Assembly (NCBI GenBank): GCA_963840695.1
Contig: CAWIZW010000011.1
Coordinates: 51,238-115,237, forward strand
Source: an uncultured Acidimicrobiia bacterium
GTDB taxonomy: Bacteria > Actinomycetota > Acidimicrobiia > Acidimicrobiales > JACDCH01
Reading direction: 5' to 3'
Length of the DNA: 64,000 nt
The translations under genes and the position numbers were made by a program. Shown here piece after piece: positions 45,405 through 54,131 of the stretch (position 1 is the first letter of the stretch; each line of letters opens with the position of its first letter). A model generated the notes under the pieces. That model saw nothing but the letters and a program-made list of their open reading frames with translations, had not been told where the DNA came from and searched no databases.

Positions 45405-46262
45405 TCACTCGGGCGCGACGGTCACCGTGACGGGGTCGTTCGTCGCGAACGCGCCCTCGTTGTGAGCCTGTGAGCGGATGAGGACCGTGAGCGCCTCGCC
45501 GACGTGCTCGGCGAGCGACGGCGCGGTCGCTCGGAGGATCCCCTCGTCGACCACGTCGACGTCGGTGCATTCGACGGGTCCGAGGAACACCTCGGTGTCG
45601 TACTTGAAGTAGCCGCCCCGCACCGTGATGGCGCCGCCGTCGGGTCCGAGCACATCGGGCTCCACCGACAGGACGAGCAGCCCCGGTTCGGTCTCCGCCG
45701 GCCGGCCCCGGGTGGGGACCGACAGCGTGGCGGGCTGCCCGTGCGCGCCGTGCACCTCGAACACGACCTCGGCCCCAGGGTCGGCGTGGAACGCCGCCCC
45801 GATGCTGACGCGCAGGCGGCTGTCGTCGTAGCCCTCGAAGCGAAAGGCGTCGTTGCCGGACATCACCGCGATCACCGACGTCAGCCCGGACCCGATGAGC
45901 CAGTAGTCGGCGTCTTCACCGAGGACGATCTCCTCGGGCACGATGCCGGTGAGCTCCGGCACGAGGTGGTCGTCGTCGCCCCCACCGGGCGCGAGCACCT
46001 CCAGGGCCTGCGACCCGTCGACGCAGTCGCTGCGTTCGTTGCCGGCGGCGACGACGACCCAGTGGTTCCCAGGCGGGAAGTCGTCGGGGATCGTCAGGGT
46101 GACCGTCGCGTCGTCGCCCGTCCCGTCGACGCGGTGGTCGACCGCCGTGTCGCCGACCTGCGCGGCGGTGACGTGCTCGAGACCGGTCCCGTGGACGAAC
46201 ACGAAGTGGGTCTCGCCCCCGTGGATCCGGTGCTGCGAGAGGTCGGTGATCGACGGCGCCAC
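45405..46262 (-). CDS. Acidic protein with about three IPT/TIG (Ig-like) repeats
   Basis: Repeat starts PSITDLSQ..VHGTGL, PELTGIVP..LIGSGL, VLSVEP..GGAITVRGGYF; no signal peptide seen. Confidence 0.65.
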   Translation of the reverse strand: MAPSITDLSQHRIHGGETHFVFVHGTGLEHVTAAQVGDTAVDHRVDGTGDDATVTLTIPDDFPPGNHWVVVAAGNERSDCVDGSQALEVLAPGGGDDDHLVPELTGIVPEEIVLGEDADYWLIGSGLTSVIAVMSGNDAFRFEGYDDSRLRVSIGAAFHADPGAEVVFEVHGAHGQPATLSVPTRGRPAETEPGLLVLSVEPDVLGPDGGAITVRGGYFKYDTEVFLGPVECTDVDVVDEGILRATAPSLAEHVGEALTVLIRSQAHNEGAFATNDPVTVTVAPE

Positions 46263-46265
46263 GGG

Positions 46266-46335
46266 TCAGCCTGCCGCCTCGAACGTCGCCCTTGGTGACC
46301 CGGTGCTGTGAGAGACCTTCGATGACTGGCGTCAT
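46266..46335 (-). pseudogene. Putative internally deleted paralog of the downstream IPT gene
   Basis: MTPVIEGLSQHRVTKGD resembles MAPSITDLSQHRIHGGE; immediately followed in another frame by TFEAAG-stop three nt before the next GTG. Confidence 0.45.
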
Positions 46336-46491
46336 GCTCTGCACGCTCCCCGGCCCCGACCGGGCGCGTCAAGGTCCGATCTGAGGGTGAGCCGTCAGGC
46401 GAACCCTCCAGACGGCACAGTGCAGTGTCTCGGCCGGCCTCGCCGGCCGATAAGGATGACACCGGTAGAACGACGAGCGACCAGCGAAGAG

Positions 46492-47454
46492 CTACGGCAG
46501 ATCGAAGGTCTCGCCGACGAGCTCCTCAGACCGGGTCCAGAGGGCCTCGGCCTTGGCGGGGTCGACGGCGTAGGCGTACACCCCGACCGCGCTGCGGGGG
46601 TCGTCGGTGACATCGGAGACGCCGCAGTCCTCGGCGTAGCGCCCGCCGACCTCGTCGGCGGCCGCGACCGCACCCGCCCACACCGACGTCGCCGCTCCCG
46701 CCGGGATCGACTTCCAGCGCAGCTCGCGGTCGCCGCGGGCCGCCTGCAGGGCGGCGAGGGTCTCGTCGGTCAGGTGGCGGCCGAGCTCGGTCATGATCCC
46801 GCCCGGATGGACGGCCGTCGCACGCACGCCCCGGTCGCGCAGTCGCCGGTCGAGGCCGACGGCGAACTGCACGTTGGCGGTCTTGGCTCGCCCGTAGGCC
46901 CGCCAGGGGTCATACGGCGTGCGCTCGAACCCGGGGTCGTCGAGGTCGACGTCGCTGAAACGGTGCCCGGCCGACGACAGCACGACCACCCGGCTCGGCG
47001 CGCCGGCGAGCAGCAGCGGCACGAGCCGGTTCACGAGCACGAAGTGGCCGAGGTGGTTGGTGCCGAACTGAGTCTCGAAACCGTCGGCGGTCGTCCCCTG
47101 CGGGCAGGCCATGACCCCGGCATTGGCGATCAGGAGGTGCAGCTCGTCGTGGTCGGCGGCGACGCCGTCGGTGAAGGCGCGGACGGAGGCGAGGTCGGCC
47201 AGGTCGACCTGGCGCAGCTCGACCTCGCCCGACCCCGCCGACGCCGAAGCCGCCGCCCGCACCGGCTCGGCGGCCGCCTCGCCCTTGGCGAGGTCGCGTA
47301 CGCCGAGGATCAGCGATGCCCCGTGGGCGGCGAGGGCGCGCGCCGTCTCCTGCCCGAGCCCGGCCGATGCCCCCGTGACGAGCGCCCACCGTCCCGTCAG
47401 GTCGATGCCCTCGAGAACCTCGTCGGTCGTCGTCTCTGCTCCGAAGGCGGCCAT
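46492..47454 (-). CDS. SDR, retinol/protochlorophyllide reductase-like
   Basis: TGASAGLG, NAGVM, QFGTNHLGHF, YGRAK. Confidence 0.92.
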   Translation of the reverse strand: MAAFGAETTTDEVLEGIDLTGRWALVTGASAGLGQETARALAAHGASLILGVRDLAKGEAAAEPVRAAASASAGSGEVELRQVDLADLASVRAFTDGVAADHDELHLLIANAGVMACPQGTTADGFETQFGTNHLGHFVLVNRLVPLLLAGAPSRVVVLSSAGHRFSDVDLDDPGFERTPYDPWRAYGRAKTANVQFAVGLDRRLRDRGVRATAVHPGGIMTELGRHLTDETLAALQAARGDRELRWKSIPAGAATSVWAGAVAAADEVGGRYAEDCGVSDVTDDPRSAVGVYAYAVDPAKAEALWTRSEELVGETFDLP

Positions 47455-47491
47455 GGACGGGCAGCCTCGCGGATCGCGCGAAGGTGCGCTG

Positions 47492-48371
47492 ATGGACGTC
47501 GGCGTGTTCGTACCGATCGGCAACGGCAACGCGAGCTCCGAGCTCCTCCGGGCGCTCGGCCCGGCCGTCGAGGAACGGGGCTTCGAGTCGATCTGGGTGG
47601 CCGAGCACGTCGTGCTGTTCGACGAGTACGAGTCGCAGTACCCCTATGCCGAGAGCGGCCGGTTCCCGGGCGGCCCGGAGAGCGGCTTGCTCGAGCCGCT
47701 GACGGCGCTGACCTACCTGGCGGCGGTCACCGACCGTGTCCGCCTCGGCACCGGCATCTGCCTCGTGCCCCAGCGCAACCCGGTCTACACGGCGAAGCAG
47801 GTCGTCGACCTCGACGTGCTGTCGGGCGGCCGGGTCGACTTCGGCATCGGCGTCGGCTGGCTGCGCGAGGAGTTCGAAGCCGTCGCCGCGCCGTTCGAGC
47901 GCCGTGGCCTCCGGACCGACGAGTACCTCCAGGTGATGCGGTCGCTGTGGTGCGACGACGTCTCGACGTTCAAGGGCGAGACCTACGAGCTTGCCGCCGT
48001 GCCGCATGTACCCGAAGCCCGTCCAGCAGCCCCACCCGCCGATCCACGTCGGCGGCGAGAGCGACGCCGCCCTACGGCGGGTCGCCCGCTTCGGCCAGGG
48101 CTGGTACTCGTTCAACCGCCTGCCCGACCAGCTGGGCGAGCCGCTCGGCCGGCTCGACGCCCTGCTCGAGGGCGAAGGCCGCGCCCGTCGCGACATCACG
48201 CTGACGGTGTGCCCCTACTTCAACCCCGTGACGCCGCCGATGGTGTCGGCGTACGCCGAGGCCGGTGTCGACCGCCTCGTGGTGCTGCTGCTCGCCTTCG
48301 ACCGCGACACCATGCTGGCGATGGCCGACCAGCTGGTCACCGACGTCGTCGAGCCGGCTCGCTCCCTCTAG
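47492..48371 (+). CDS. LLM-class, probably F420-dependent oxidoreductase (frame break near 47995)
   Basis: WVAEHV, RLGTGI, LDVLSGGR..GVGWLREE, PKPVQQPHPPIHVGG. Confidence 0.88.
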
Positions 48372-48400
48372 CGAGCCGCCGGGAGCCAGAGGCTGAACGG

Positions 48401-48607
48401 CTAAGTGTCCTCGTACTTGAAGGACACGGACAGCTTCGTCCTGTACGTGAGCGAGCCGTCGTCGCCGACGTCGAGATCCTGCCGCACGACCTCGGCGACT
48501 CGAAGGTCGCGCAGCGTCTCGCGCGCCTTGCCGACGGCGGATGCCGCTGCGTCCTCCCACGACTGGGAGCTCGTCCCGATGATCTCGATGACCTTGTAGA
48601 CGCTCAT
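48401..48607 (-). CDS. Dodecin (flavin-binding) family protein
   Basis: SVYKVIEIIGTSSQSWEDAA..YRTKLSVSFKYE. Confidence 0.9.
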   Translation of the reverse strand: MSVYKVIEIIGTSSQSWEDAAASAVGKARETLRDLRVAEVVRQDLDVGDDGSLTYRTKLSVSFKYEDT

Positions 48608-48719
48608 CACGCTTCCCTTCCGACGCCTGTGAACGGCGCCACGTCGGACCCTACGCCCGCGCCGGATCGCTCGCGCCTGGAGCGCGGACCGGCCCCGGTG
48701 GTGACCGAGGCCGGGGGAG

Positions 48720-48790
48720 AGCGGGTGACGGGAATCGAACCCGCGTTCTCAGCTTGGGAAGCTGATGTTCTGCCGCTGAACTACACCCGC
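48720..48790 (-). tRNA. tRNA-Gly (anticodon CCC), CCA end not encoded
   Basis: Minus strand GCGGGTG acceptor pairing with CACCCGC, TCAGC-TTCCCAA-GCTGA anticodon arm, GGTTCGATTCC T-arm. Confidence 0.96.
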
Positions 48791-48903
48791 GGGGAGCGGA
48801 GCGTCGATGTTAGCGCCGGCGCCCGTCGGCGACCGGTGTGTCGGGGATCGGCCTCGCAGAGCCGTCGAGCTGGACACACCCGGCCGCTAGGTTCGGCCGG
48901 ACC

Positions 48904-50430
48904 ATGGCTGTCCTGTCCGACCGCACCCTCCGCGAGCAGATCGCCGCCGGGCGGATCGTGCTCGAGCCGCTCGACGAATCCTGCATCCAGCCGGCATCGA
49001 TCGACGTCCACCTCGACCGCTTCTTCCGGGTGTTTCTCAACCACACGATGGCCGTCATCGACGTGAAGCAGGACCTGTCCGGTCTCACCCAGGCCGTCGA
49101 CGTCGAGGAGGACGGCGTCTTCGTCCTGCACCCCGGCGAGTTCGTCCTCGGCTCCACGCTCGAGCTCATCGGTGTCCCCGACGACCTCGTCGCCCGCGTC
49201 GAAGGCAAGGCGCTGGCGACGGAGACCCCGATCCCCACACCCTCCGGGTGGACCACGATGGGCGAGCTCCAGCCCGGCGACTGGGTCTTCGACCACCTCG
49301 GTCTGCCGGCGCCGGTGATCGCGGCTTCGGACGTGCTCACGGACCGCCTGTGCTACGAGCTGAAGCTCTCCGACGGGACCGCGGTCGTCGCCGACGCGGA
49401 TCACCAGTGGTTCGTCCGCACCAAGCAGGATCGCGCCGGCAGGAAGCCCGGACGGATCCTGACGACGAGAGCCATCGCAGCGACCCTTCGCGTCGGTCGT
49501 GAGTGGAACCACAACATCCCCCAATGCGAGCCGCTGCGGCTTCCCAGGGTCGACCTCCCGATTGACCCGTACGTGCTCGGTGCCTGGCTCGGGGACGGGA
49601 CCTCGACATCGGCGCCGGTGGCCGCGACGGGCCGGTTCGGAGCCGATGGCTCGCTGAACAGCACCCTCCGGCGTGAGGGGCTCCTCGGTCACAAGGGAGT
49701 CCCGCCCCAGTACCAGCGCGCATCGGCCGAGCAGCGGCTGGCCTTGCTGGAGGGACTGATGGATACCGACGGCTATTGCGACAAGTGGGGCCGTTGCGAG
49801 TTCACGACGGTGAGGCGCTCGCTCGCCGACGAGGTCATGGAGCTGGTCGCTGGGCTCGGCTTCAAGCCCGTCCTGGCCGAGAAGCGAGCGATGCTCAACG
49901 GACGCGACTGCGGCCCGAAGTACGACGTGACGTTCACGCCGCACCGGCCCGTGTTCCGCTTGCGAAGGAAGCTCGCCCGCCAGAAGTCGACCGACCGTGG
50001 CTTCTTCAAGATGGGAAGGGCCGTCGTCGGTGCACGCGTCGTCAGGTCGACGCCGGTCCGTTGTATCCAGGTCGGGACGGCCGACGGGATCTTCCTCGCG
50101 ACGCGGGCCTTCGTGCCGACGCACAACAGCTCGCTCGGCCGGCTCGGCTTGCTGATCCACAGCACCGCCGGCTTCGTCGACGCCGGGTTCTCGGGTCACA
50201 TCACCCTGGAGCTCTCCAACGTCGCCAACCTGCCGATCACGCTCTACCCGGGCATGAAGATCGGGCAGATCAGCTTCCTGGAGATGACGACGCCGGCGGA
50301 GCACCCGTACGGCTCCGGCGCCCTCGGCTCGAAGTACCAGGGCCAGCGGGGCCCCACGCCCAGCCGCTACTGGGAGAACTTCACCGACCCCGCGTCGAAG
50401 GCACCGCGCTCGAGCTGGTCGCGCCGGTAG
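48904..50430 (+). CDS. dcd: dCTP deaminase interrupted by an intein (spliced product about 202 aa)
   Basis: [24 protein letters not shown]|[35 protein letters not shown]. Confidence 0.95.
   Translation: MAVLSDRTLREQIAAGRIVLEPLDESCIQPASIDVHLDRFFRVFLNHTMAVIDVKQDLSGLTQAVDVEEDGVFVLHPGEFVLGSTLELIGVPDDLVARVEGKALATETPIPTPSGWTTMGELQPGDWVFDHLGLPAPVIAASDVLTDRLCYELKLSDGTAVVADADHQWFVRTKQDRAGRKPGRILTTRAIAATLRVGREWNHNIPQCEPLRLPRVDLPIDPYVLGAWLGDGTSTSAPVAATGRFGADGSLNSTLRREGLLGHKGVPPQYQRASAEQRLALLEGLMDTDGYCDKWGRCEFTTVRRSLADEVMELVAGLGFKPVLAEKRAMLNGRDCGPKYDVTFTPHRPVFRLRRKLARQKSTDRGFFKMGRAVVGARVVRSTPVRCIQVGTADGIFLATRAFVPTHNSSLGRLGLLIHSTAGFVDAGFSGHITLELSNVANLPITLYPGMKIGQISFLEMTTPAEHPYGSGALGSKYQGQRGPTPSRYWENFTDPASKAPRSSWSRR
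49210..50127 (+). mobile_element. Class 3 intein (306 aa) with shortened LAGLIDADG endonuclease
   Basis: Starts [24 protein letters not shown]; block B DADHQW; block F VRCIQV; ends VPTHN before Ser; LGAWLGDG and LEGLMDTDG motifs. Confidence 0.93.
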
Positions 50431-50870
50431 CGAGACCGCTCCTCGTCCTCGCGGCCGAGGGCCGACGCCACCGCCGCCACGAGGGTGTCGGCGTGGAACG
50501 GGCGGGCGACGAACTCGTCGATCCCGGCCTGCCAGGAGAAGATGGCATTGGAGTTGGTGGAGCTCACGAGCACGACCCGCGTTCCGGAGATGGCCGGGTC
50601 GTGGTGGCTGCGGATGGCGTCGAGCAGCTTCAGGTTGCCGCCGACGCCGCCGACGGCCACGTCGAGCACGACGCACTCGGCCGGCCGCGGGGTCATCAGC
50701 CGGTCGGTCATCTCCAGGAAGTCGTGGGACCGGTCGACCTCGTGCCCGGCCTTGGTGAGGATGCGCACGAGCAGCTCGCAGCCGTCGGGCTCGTCGTGGA
50801 CGATCAGCACGCGCGCCGGGCCGACCGGCTTGGCGGTGGCCTCGTGCTTCTTCGCCCGCCGGCGTGCCAC
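50367..50870 (-). CDS. Single-domain response regulator (atypical receiver)
   Basis: [27 protein letters not shown]. Confidence 0.8.
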   Translation of the reverse strand: MARRRAKKHEATAKPVGPARVLIVHDEPDGCELLVRILTKAGHEVDRSHDFLEMTDRLMTPRPAECVVLDVAVGGVGGNLKLLDAIRSHHDPAISGTRVVLVSSTNSNAIFSWQAGIDEFVARPFHADTLVAAVASALGREDEERSRYRRDQLERGAFDAGSVKFSQ

Positions 50871-50878
50871 GGGGAGCC

Positions 50879-53101
50879 TCAGTCCTCGGCGGTGGCGAAG
50901 GGGGAGCCGATGACGCGGGCCCGGCCGAGCCCGTCGGCGTCGACGCGCTCGAGGGCCTCGAGGACGTGCATCGAGATGTCGGCCACGCGCACCTCGTCGT
51001 CCTCCTTCCCCGCGGCCTTCACGCCGTCGTCGATCATGATGTAGCAGAACGGGCAGGCCACAGCGACGCGTGTGGCGCCCGTGTCGACGAGCTCCCTGGC
51101 CCGCACGTCGTTGACCTTGGAGCCGATCGACTCCTCCATCCACATCCGCGCGCCGCCGGCACCGCAGCACATCCCCTTCGTCCCCGACCGCGGCGCCTCG
51201 ACGACCTCGACGCCACCGAGCGAACCGATCACCCGCCGGGGCGCCAGGTAGACGTCGTTGTGCCGGCCGAGGTAGCAGCTGTCGTGGTACACGACCCGTT
51301 CCTCGAGACGGGCGTCGGTCATGTCGAGCTGCCCCGACGCGATGAGCTCGTCGAGGAACTGGCTGTGGTGCACGACCTCGTAGTCGCCGCCGAGCTGGGG
51401 GTACTCGTTCAGCAGCGTGTTGAAGCAGTGGGGGCACTGCGTGACGATCTTGCGCACGCCCATGCCGTTCAACGTCTCGACGTTCTGCATGGCGAGCATC
51501 TGGAAGATGTACTCGTTGCCCGACCGGCGGGCGGGGTCGCCGGTGCACATCTCGGCCGGCCCGAGGATGGCGAAGTCGATGCCGGCTCGCTTCATCAGCT
51601 TCGCCATCGCCAGGGTGACCTTCTGGTTCTTGTCGTCGAAGCTCCCGGCGCAGCCGACCCAGTACAGGTACTCGTGCTCGAGCGGCGACGAGCCGTCGAC
51701 GATGTCGATCCCTTCCAGCTTGCTGGCCCAGGCCCCCCGGTCGCCCTGGCTCATGCCCCACGGGTTGCCGCTGTTCTCCATCGACCGGTAGGCGGTGCCG
51801 AGCTCGGTGGGGAAGTTCGACTCCATGAGCGACAGGTAGCGCCGCATGTCGAGGATCTTGTCGAGGATCTCGATGTTGACCGGGCAGATCTCGTCGCAGG
51901 CCTTGCAGGACGTGCACGCCCACACCTCCTCTGGCGTGATCCGCTCGAAGAGCGAGTCGGCGCTGACCGTGATCTCCGGGTCGAGCCCGATCGGCGGCGA
52001 CACCGGCGGTGTTCCGGTCAGGGCCATGACCTCGCCGGTCTTGAGCACGATCTCCCGGGGGTCGAGCGGCTTGCCGGTGGCGTGGGCGGGGCAGACCGAC
52101 GTGCACCGGCCGCACATCGTGCAGCTGTCGGTGTCGAGCAGCTGCTTCCACGTGAAGTCCTCGACGGTGGAGGCGCCGAAGCTCTCGAGCTCGGTCTCCA
52201 TGAGGTTGGGCATCGGCTTCATGGCGCCCTTGGGGCGCTCGCGGTCGCGCAGGTACATGTTCGTCGGCGACGTGAACATGTGGCGGAGCATGGTGACCGG
52301 CAGCATCAGCAGGAACCCCAAGAAGCAGGCCACGTGGGCGATCCACCAGACCTGGTGCCAGCCGGCGAGGTCGCCGGTCTCCTCCATGAGCAGCGACAGC
52401 GGGTAGCCGACGAAGCTGAACTTCTCGTAGTCGGGCCGGCCGGCGAGGGCGATCCGGTACGCCTCGGCCATGAAGCCCGACACGCCCAGCGCGAGGAACG
52501 TGCCGAGGATCACGGCGTGCTCGGGCTTGGACTTCGTCCGGATCCGGTAGGGCCGTTGCACGTAGCGCCGCACGATCGCCCACACGATGCCGGCGAGCAG
52601 GACGACACCGGCGCCGTCGCCGACGGCGGCGTAGGCGCGGTAGACGTCGCCGTGCAGGAACTTGGCGTCCTCGGGCATCTGGTGGTCGATCTCGAGGACG
52701 GTCGTCACCGCGAACAGCACGATGAACGAGTAGTAGATGAGGCTGTGCATGACCCCCGCCGCGGGGTCGCGCAGCAGGGTCTGCATGTAGACGCCGGCTC
52801 GGAAGTCGCCGAAGCGTCGCTTGGCGTTCTTCGGCGTCAGCGCCCGGCGGTCGGGAGCTCCCCGCTCCCAGTTGCGGAACCGATCGGCGAACTGGGTCCC
52901 GATCCACACGAAGGTGACGACGATCGCCGAGTAGAAGGCGACCTTCCACGGCGCCGGGATGTTGCCGAACACCTCGCGGCTGACCGGCGAGTCGTCGTGC
53001 CACTGGACGATCGTCGGGAGGATCCCCGATCCGGCGGCGAACAGTGCGATGCCGATCCAGAACCCGAGGATGAGGTGGTGCGGGCGGATCCGGCCGTTCA
53101 T
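50879..53101 (-). CDS. Membrane Fe-S oxidoreductase (FadF/EtfD, Rv0338c-like; HdrD/GlpC CCG domains)
   Basis: TM region, CTMCGRCTSVCP and CTSCKACDEICP, CPHC, HDSC, CCGAGG, ACPFC. Confidence 0.9.
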   Translation of the reverse strand: MNGRIRPHHLILGFWIGIALFAAGSGILPTIVQWHDDSPVSREVFGNIPAPWKVAFYSAIVVTFVWIGTQFADRFRNWERGAPDRRALTPKNAKRRFGDFRAGVYMQTLLRDPAAGVMHSLIYYSFIVLFAVTTVLEIDHQMPEDAKFLHGDVYRAYAAVGDGAGVVLLAGIVWAIVRRYVQRPYRIRTKSKPEHAVILGTFLALGVSGFMAEAYRIALAGRPDYEKFSFVGYPLSLLMEETGDLAGWHQVWWIAHVACFLGFLLMLPVTMLRHMFTSPTNMYLRDRERPKGAMKPMPNLMETELESFGASTVEDFTWKQLLDTDSCTMCGRCTSVCPAHATGKPLDPREIVLKTGEVMALTGTPPVSPPIGLDPEITVSADSLFERITPEEVWACTSCKACDEICPVNIEILDKILDMRRYLSLMESNFPTELGTAYRSMENSGNPWGMSQGDRGAWASKLEGIDIVDGSSPLEHEYLYWVGCAGSFDDKNQKVTLAMAKLMKRAGIDFAILGPAEMCTGDPARRSGNEYIFQMLAMQNVETLNGMGVRKIVTQCPHCFNTLLNEYPQLGGDYEVVHHSQFLDELIASGQLDMTDARLEERVVYHDSCYLGRHNDVYLAPRRVIGSLGGVEVVEAPRSGTKGMCCGAGGARMWMEESIGSKVNDVRARELVDTGATRVAVACPFCYIMIDDGVKAAGKEDDEVRVADISMHVLEALERVDADGLGRARVIGSPFATAED

Positions 53102-53238
53102 CGAGGGCGAAGCTAGTTCCGGCCGTTTCGCCGGAGCGAACAGGCGCCCATCAGGTCAGACGGGCGAAAGAAACCGTACGCCTGGCGGTCATGCGCGACA
53201 CACAATCGGGAAACGTGGGCTTCGTACCGTGGGACCCG

Positions 53239-53580
53239 GTGGCTCATCTCGTGACCGCGATCATCAAGCCCCACCGGCTCGACGCCGTGAAGGAGGCGCT
53301 CGGCGGGGCGGGCATCGCCGGCCTGACCGTGAGCGAGGCCCAGGGCTACGGCCGGCAGGGCGGCAAGACCGAGACGTTCCGGGGCTCGGAGTACCGCGTC
53401 GAGTTCGTCCCGAAGCTGCGCATCGAGGTGCTCGTCGTCGACGCCGACCTCGACAAGGCCATCGAGCTCATCGCGTCCAGCGCCCGCACCGGCAAGATCG
53501 GCGACGGCAAGCTGTGGGCCATCGACCTCGACCGCCTCATGCGCATTCGCACGGGCGAGATGGGCGACGAAGCGGTCTGA
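53239..53580 (+). CDS. glnB: P-II family nitrogen regulatory protein
   Basis: AIIKP, GYGRQGG..RGSEY, PKLRIE, TGKIGDGK, RIRTGE. Confidence 0.9.
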   Translation: MAHLVTAIIKPHRLDAVKEALGGAGIAGLTVSEAQGYGRQGGKTETFRGSEYRVEFVPKLRIEVLVVDADLDKAIELIASSARTGKIGDGKLWAIDLDRLMRIRTGEMGDEAV

Positions 53581-53598
53581 GGCCAGGCCGCCGTCGGC

Positions 53599-54024
53599 TC
53601 AGCCGTAGAGCTTGGCGTCGAGGTCGCGGATGCGGCTGGCGAGGGAGCTGAGCAGCTTGTGCGAGATCCCCGGAACGTCGTCGAGGACGCCGGAGAACTC
53701 CCGGGCCCCCATGACGAGCAACGTGCACTCCGTGTCGGCGGTGACCGTCGCCGTGCGGGGACCGCGGTCGAGCAGCGACAGCTCGCCGAAGGCGGTGCCG
53801 GGTCCGAGCGTCGCCACCTTGCGCCCGTTGCGCTTCGCGGTCGCCTCGCCGCCGACGAGGATGAACATCTCCCGCCCGACCTCGCCCTGTCGGACCAGCT
53901 CGTGGCCCGCCTTCACCGTCACCTCGTCGGACGCCCGTGCGAGCCGTTGGAGCTCCTTCTTCGACAACGCGCTGAACAGCGGGACAGACGCGAGATGGTC
54001 CAGGTATGTGTCCTTGCCACCCAT
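53599..54024 (-). CDS. Stand-alone cyclic nucleotide-binding domain protein
   Basis: VPLFSAL, RQGEVG, FGELSLL..PRTATV phosphate-binding cassette. Confidence 0.9.
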   Translation of the reverse strand: MGGKDTYLDHLASVPLFSALSKKELQRLARASDEVTVKAGHELVRQGEVGREMFILVGGEATAKRNGRKVATLGPGTAFGELSLLDRGPRTATVTADTECTLLVMGAREFSGVLDDVPGISHKLLSSLASRIRDLDAKLYG

Positions 54025-54079
54025 TCTGAAACCCCCCGATGTCCGGTTCGCGGGGCGGGACCGTACACGGCGCGGACGG

Positions 54080-54122
54080 TTCACGGTGGCGAAACAGTGG
54101 TGAAACAGGGCCTCCGTAGGTT
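54080..54122 (+). promoter_or_regulatory. GlnR/OmpR-type direct repeats and -10 box
   Basis: TTCAC-N6-GAAAC-N6-GAAAC (54080-54106), TAGGTT at 54117-54122. Confidence 0.55.
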
Positions 54123-54131
54123 CGGCTGGGC

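Noticed and set aside
46381-46420. Resemblance to a guanidine-III riboswitch (GCCGT..AGACGGC)
   Set aside because: Lacks the conserved CGAGG and ACA-rich linker, and no SMR/efflux gene follows on that strand.
48401-48790. tRNA-Gly as a possible island integration site
   Set aside because: No integrase, no duplicated tRNA 3' end and no obvious compositional break seen downstream.
53341-53400. Possible loss of the P-II modification tyrosine
   Set aside because: The Phe replaces the Tyr46 equivalent; the Tyr51 equivalent (RGSEY) is intact.
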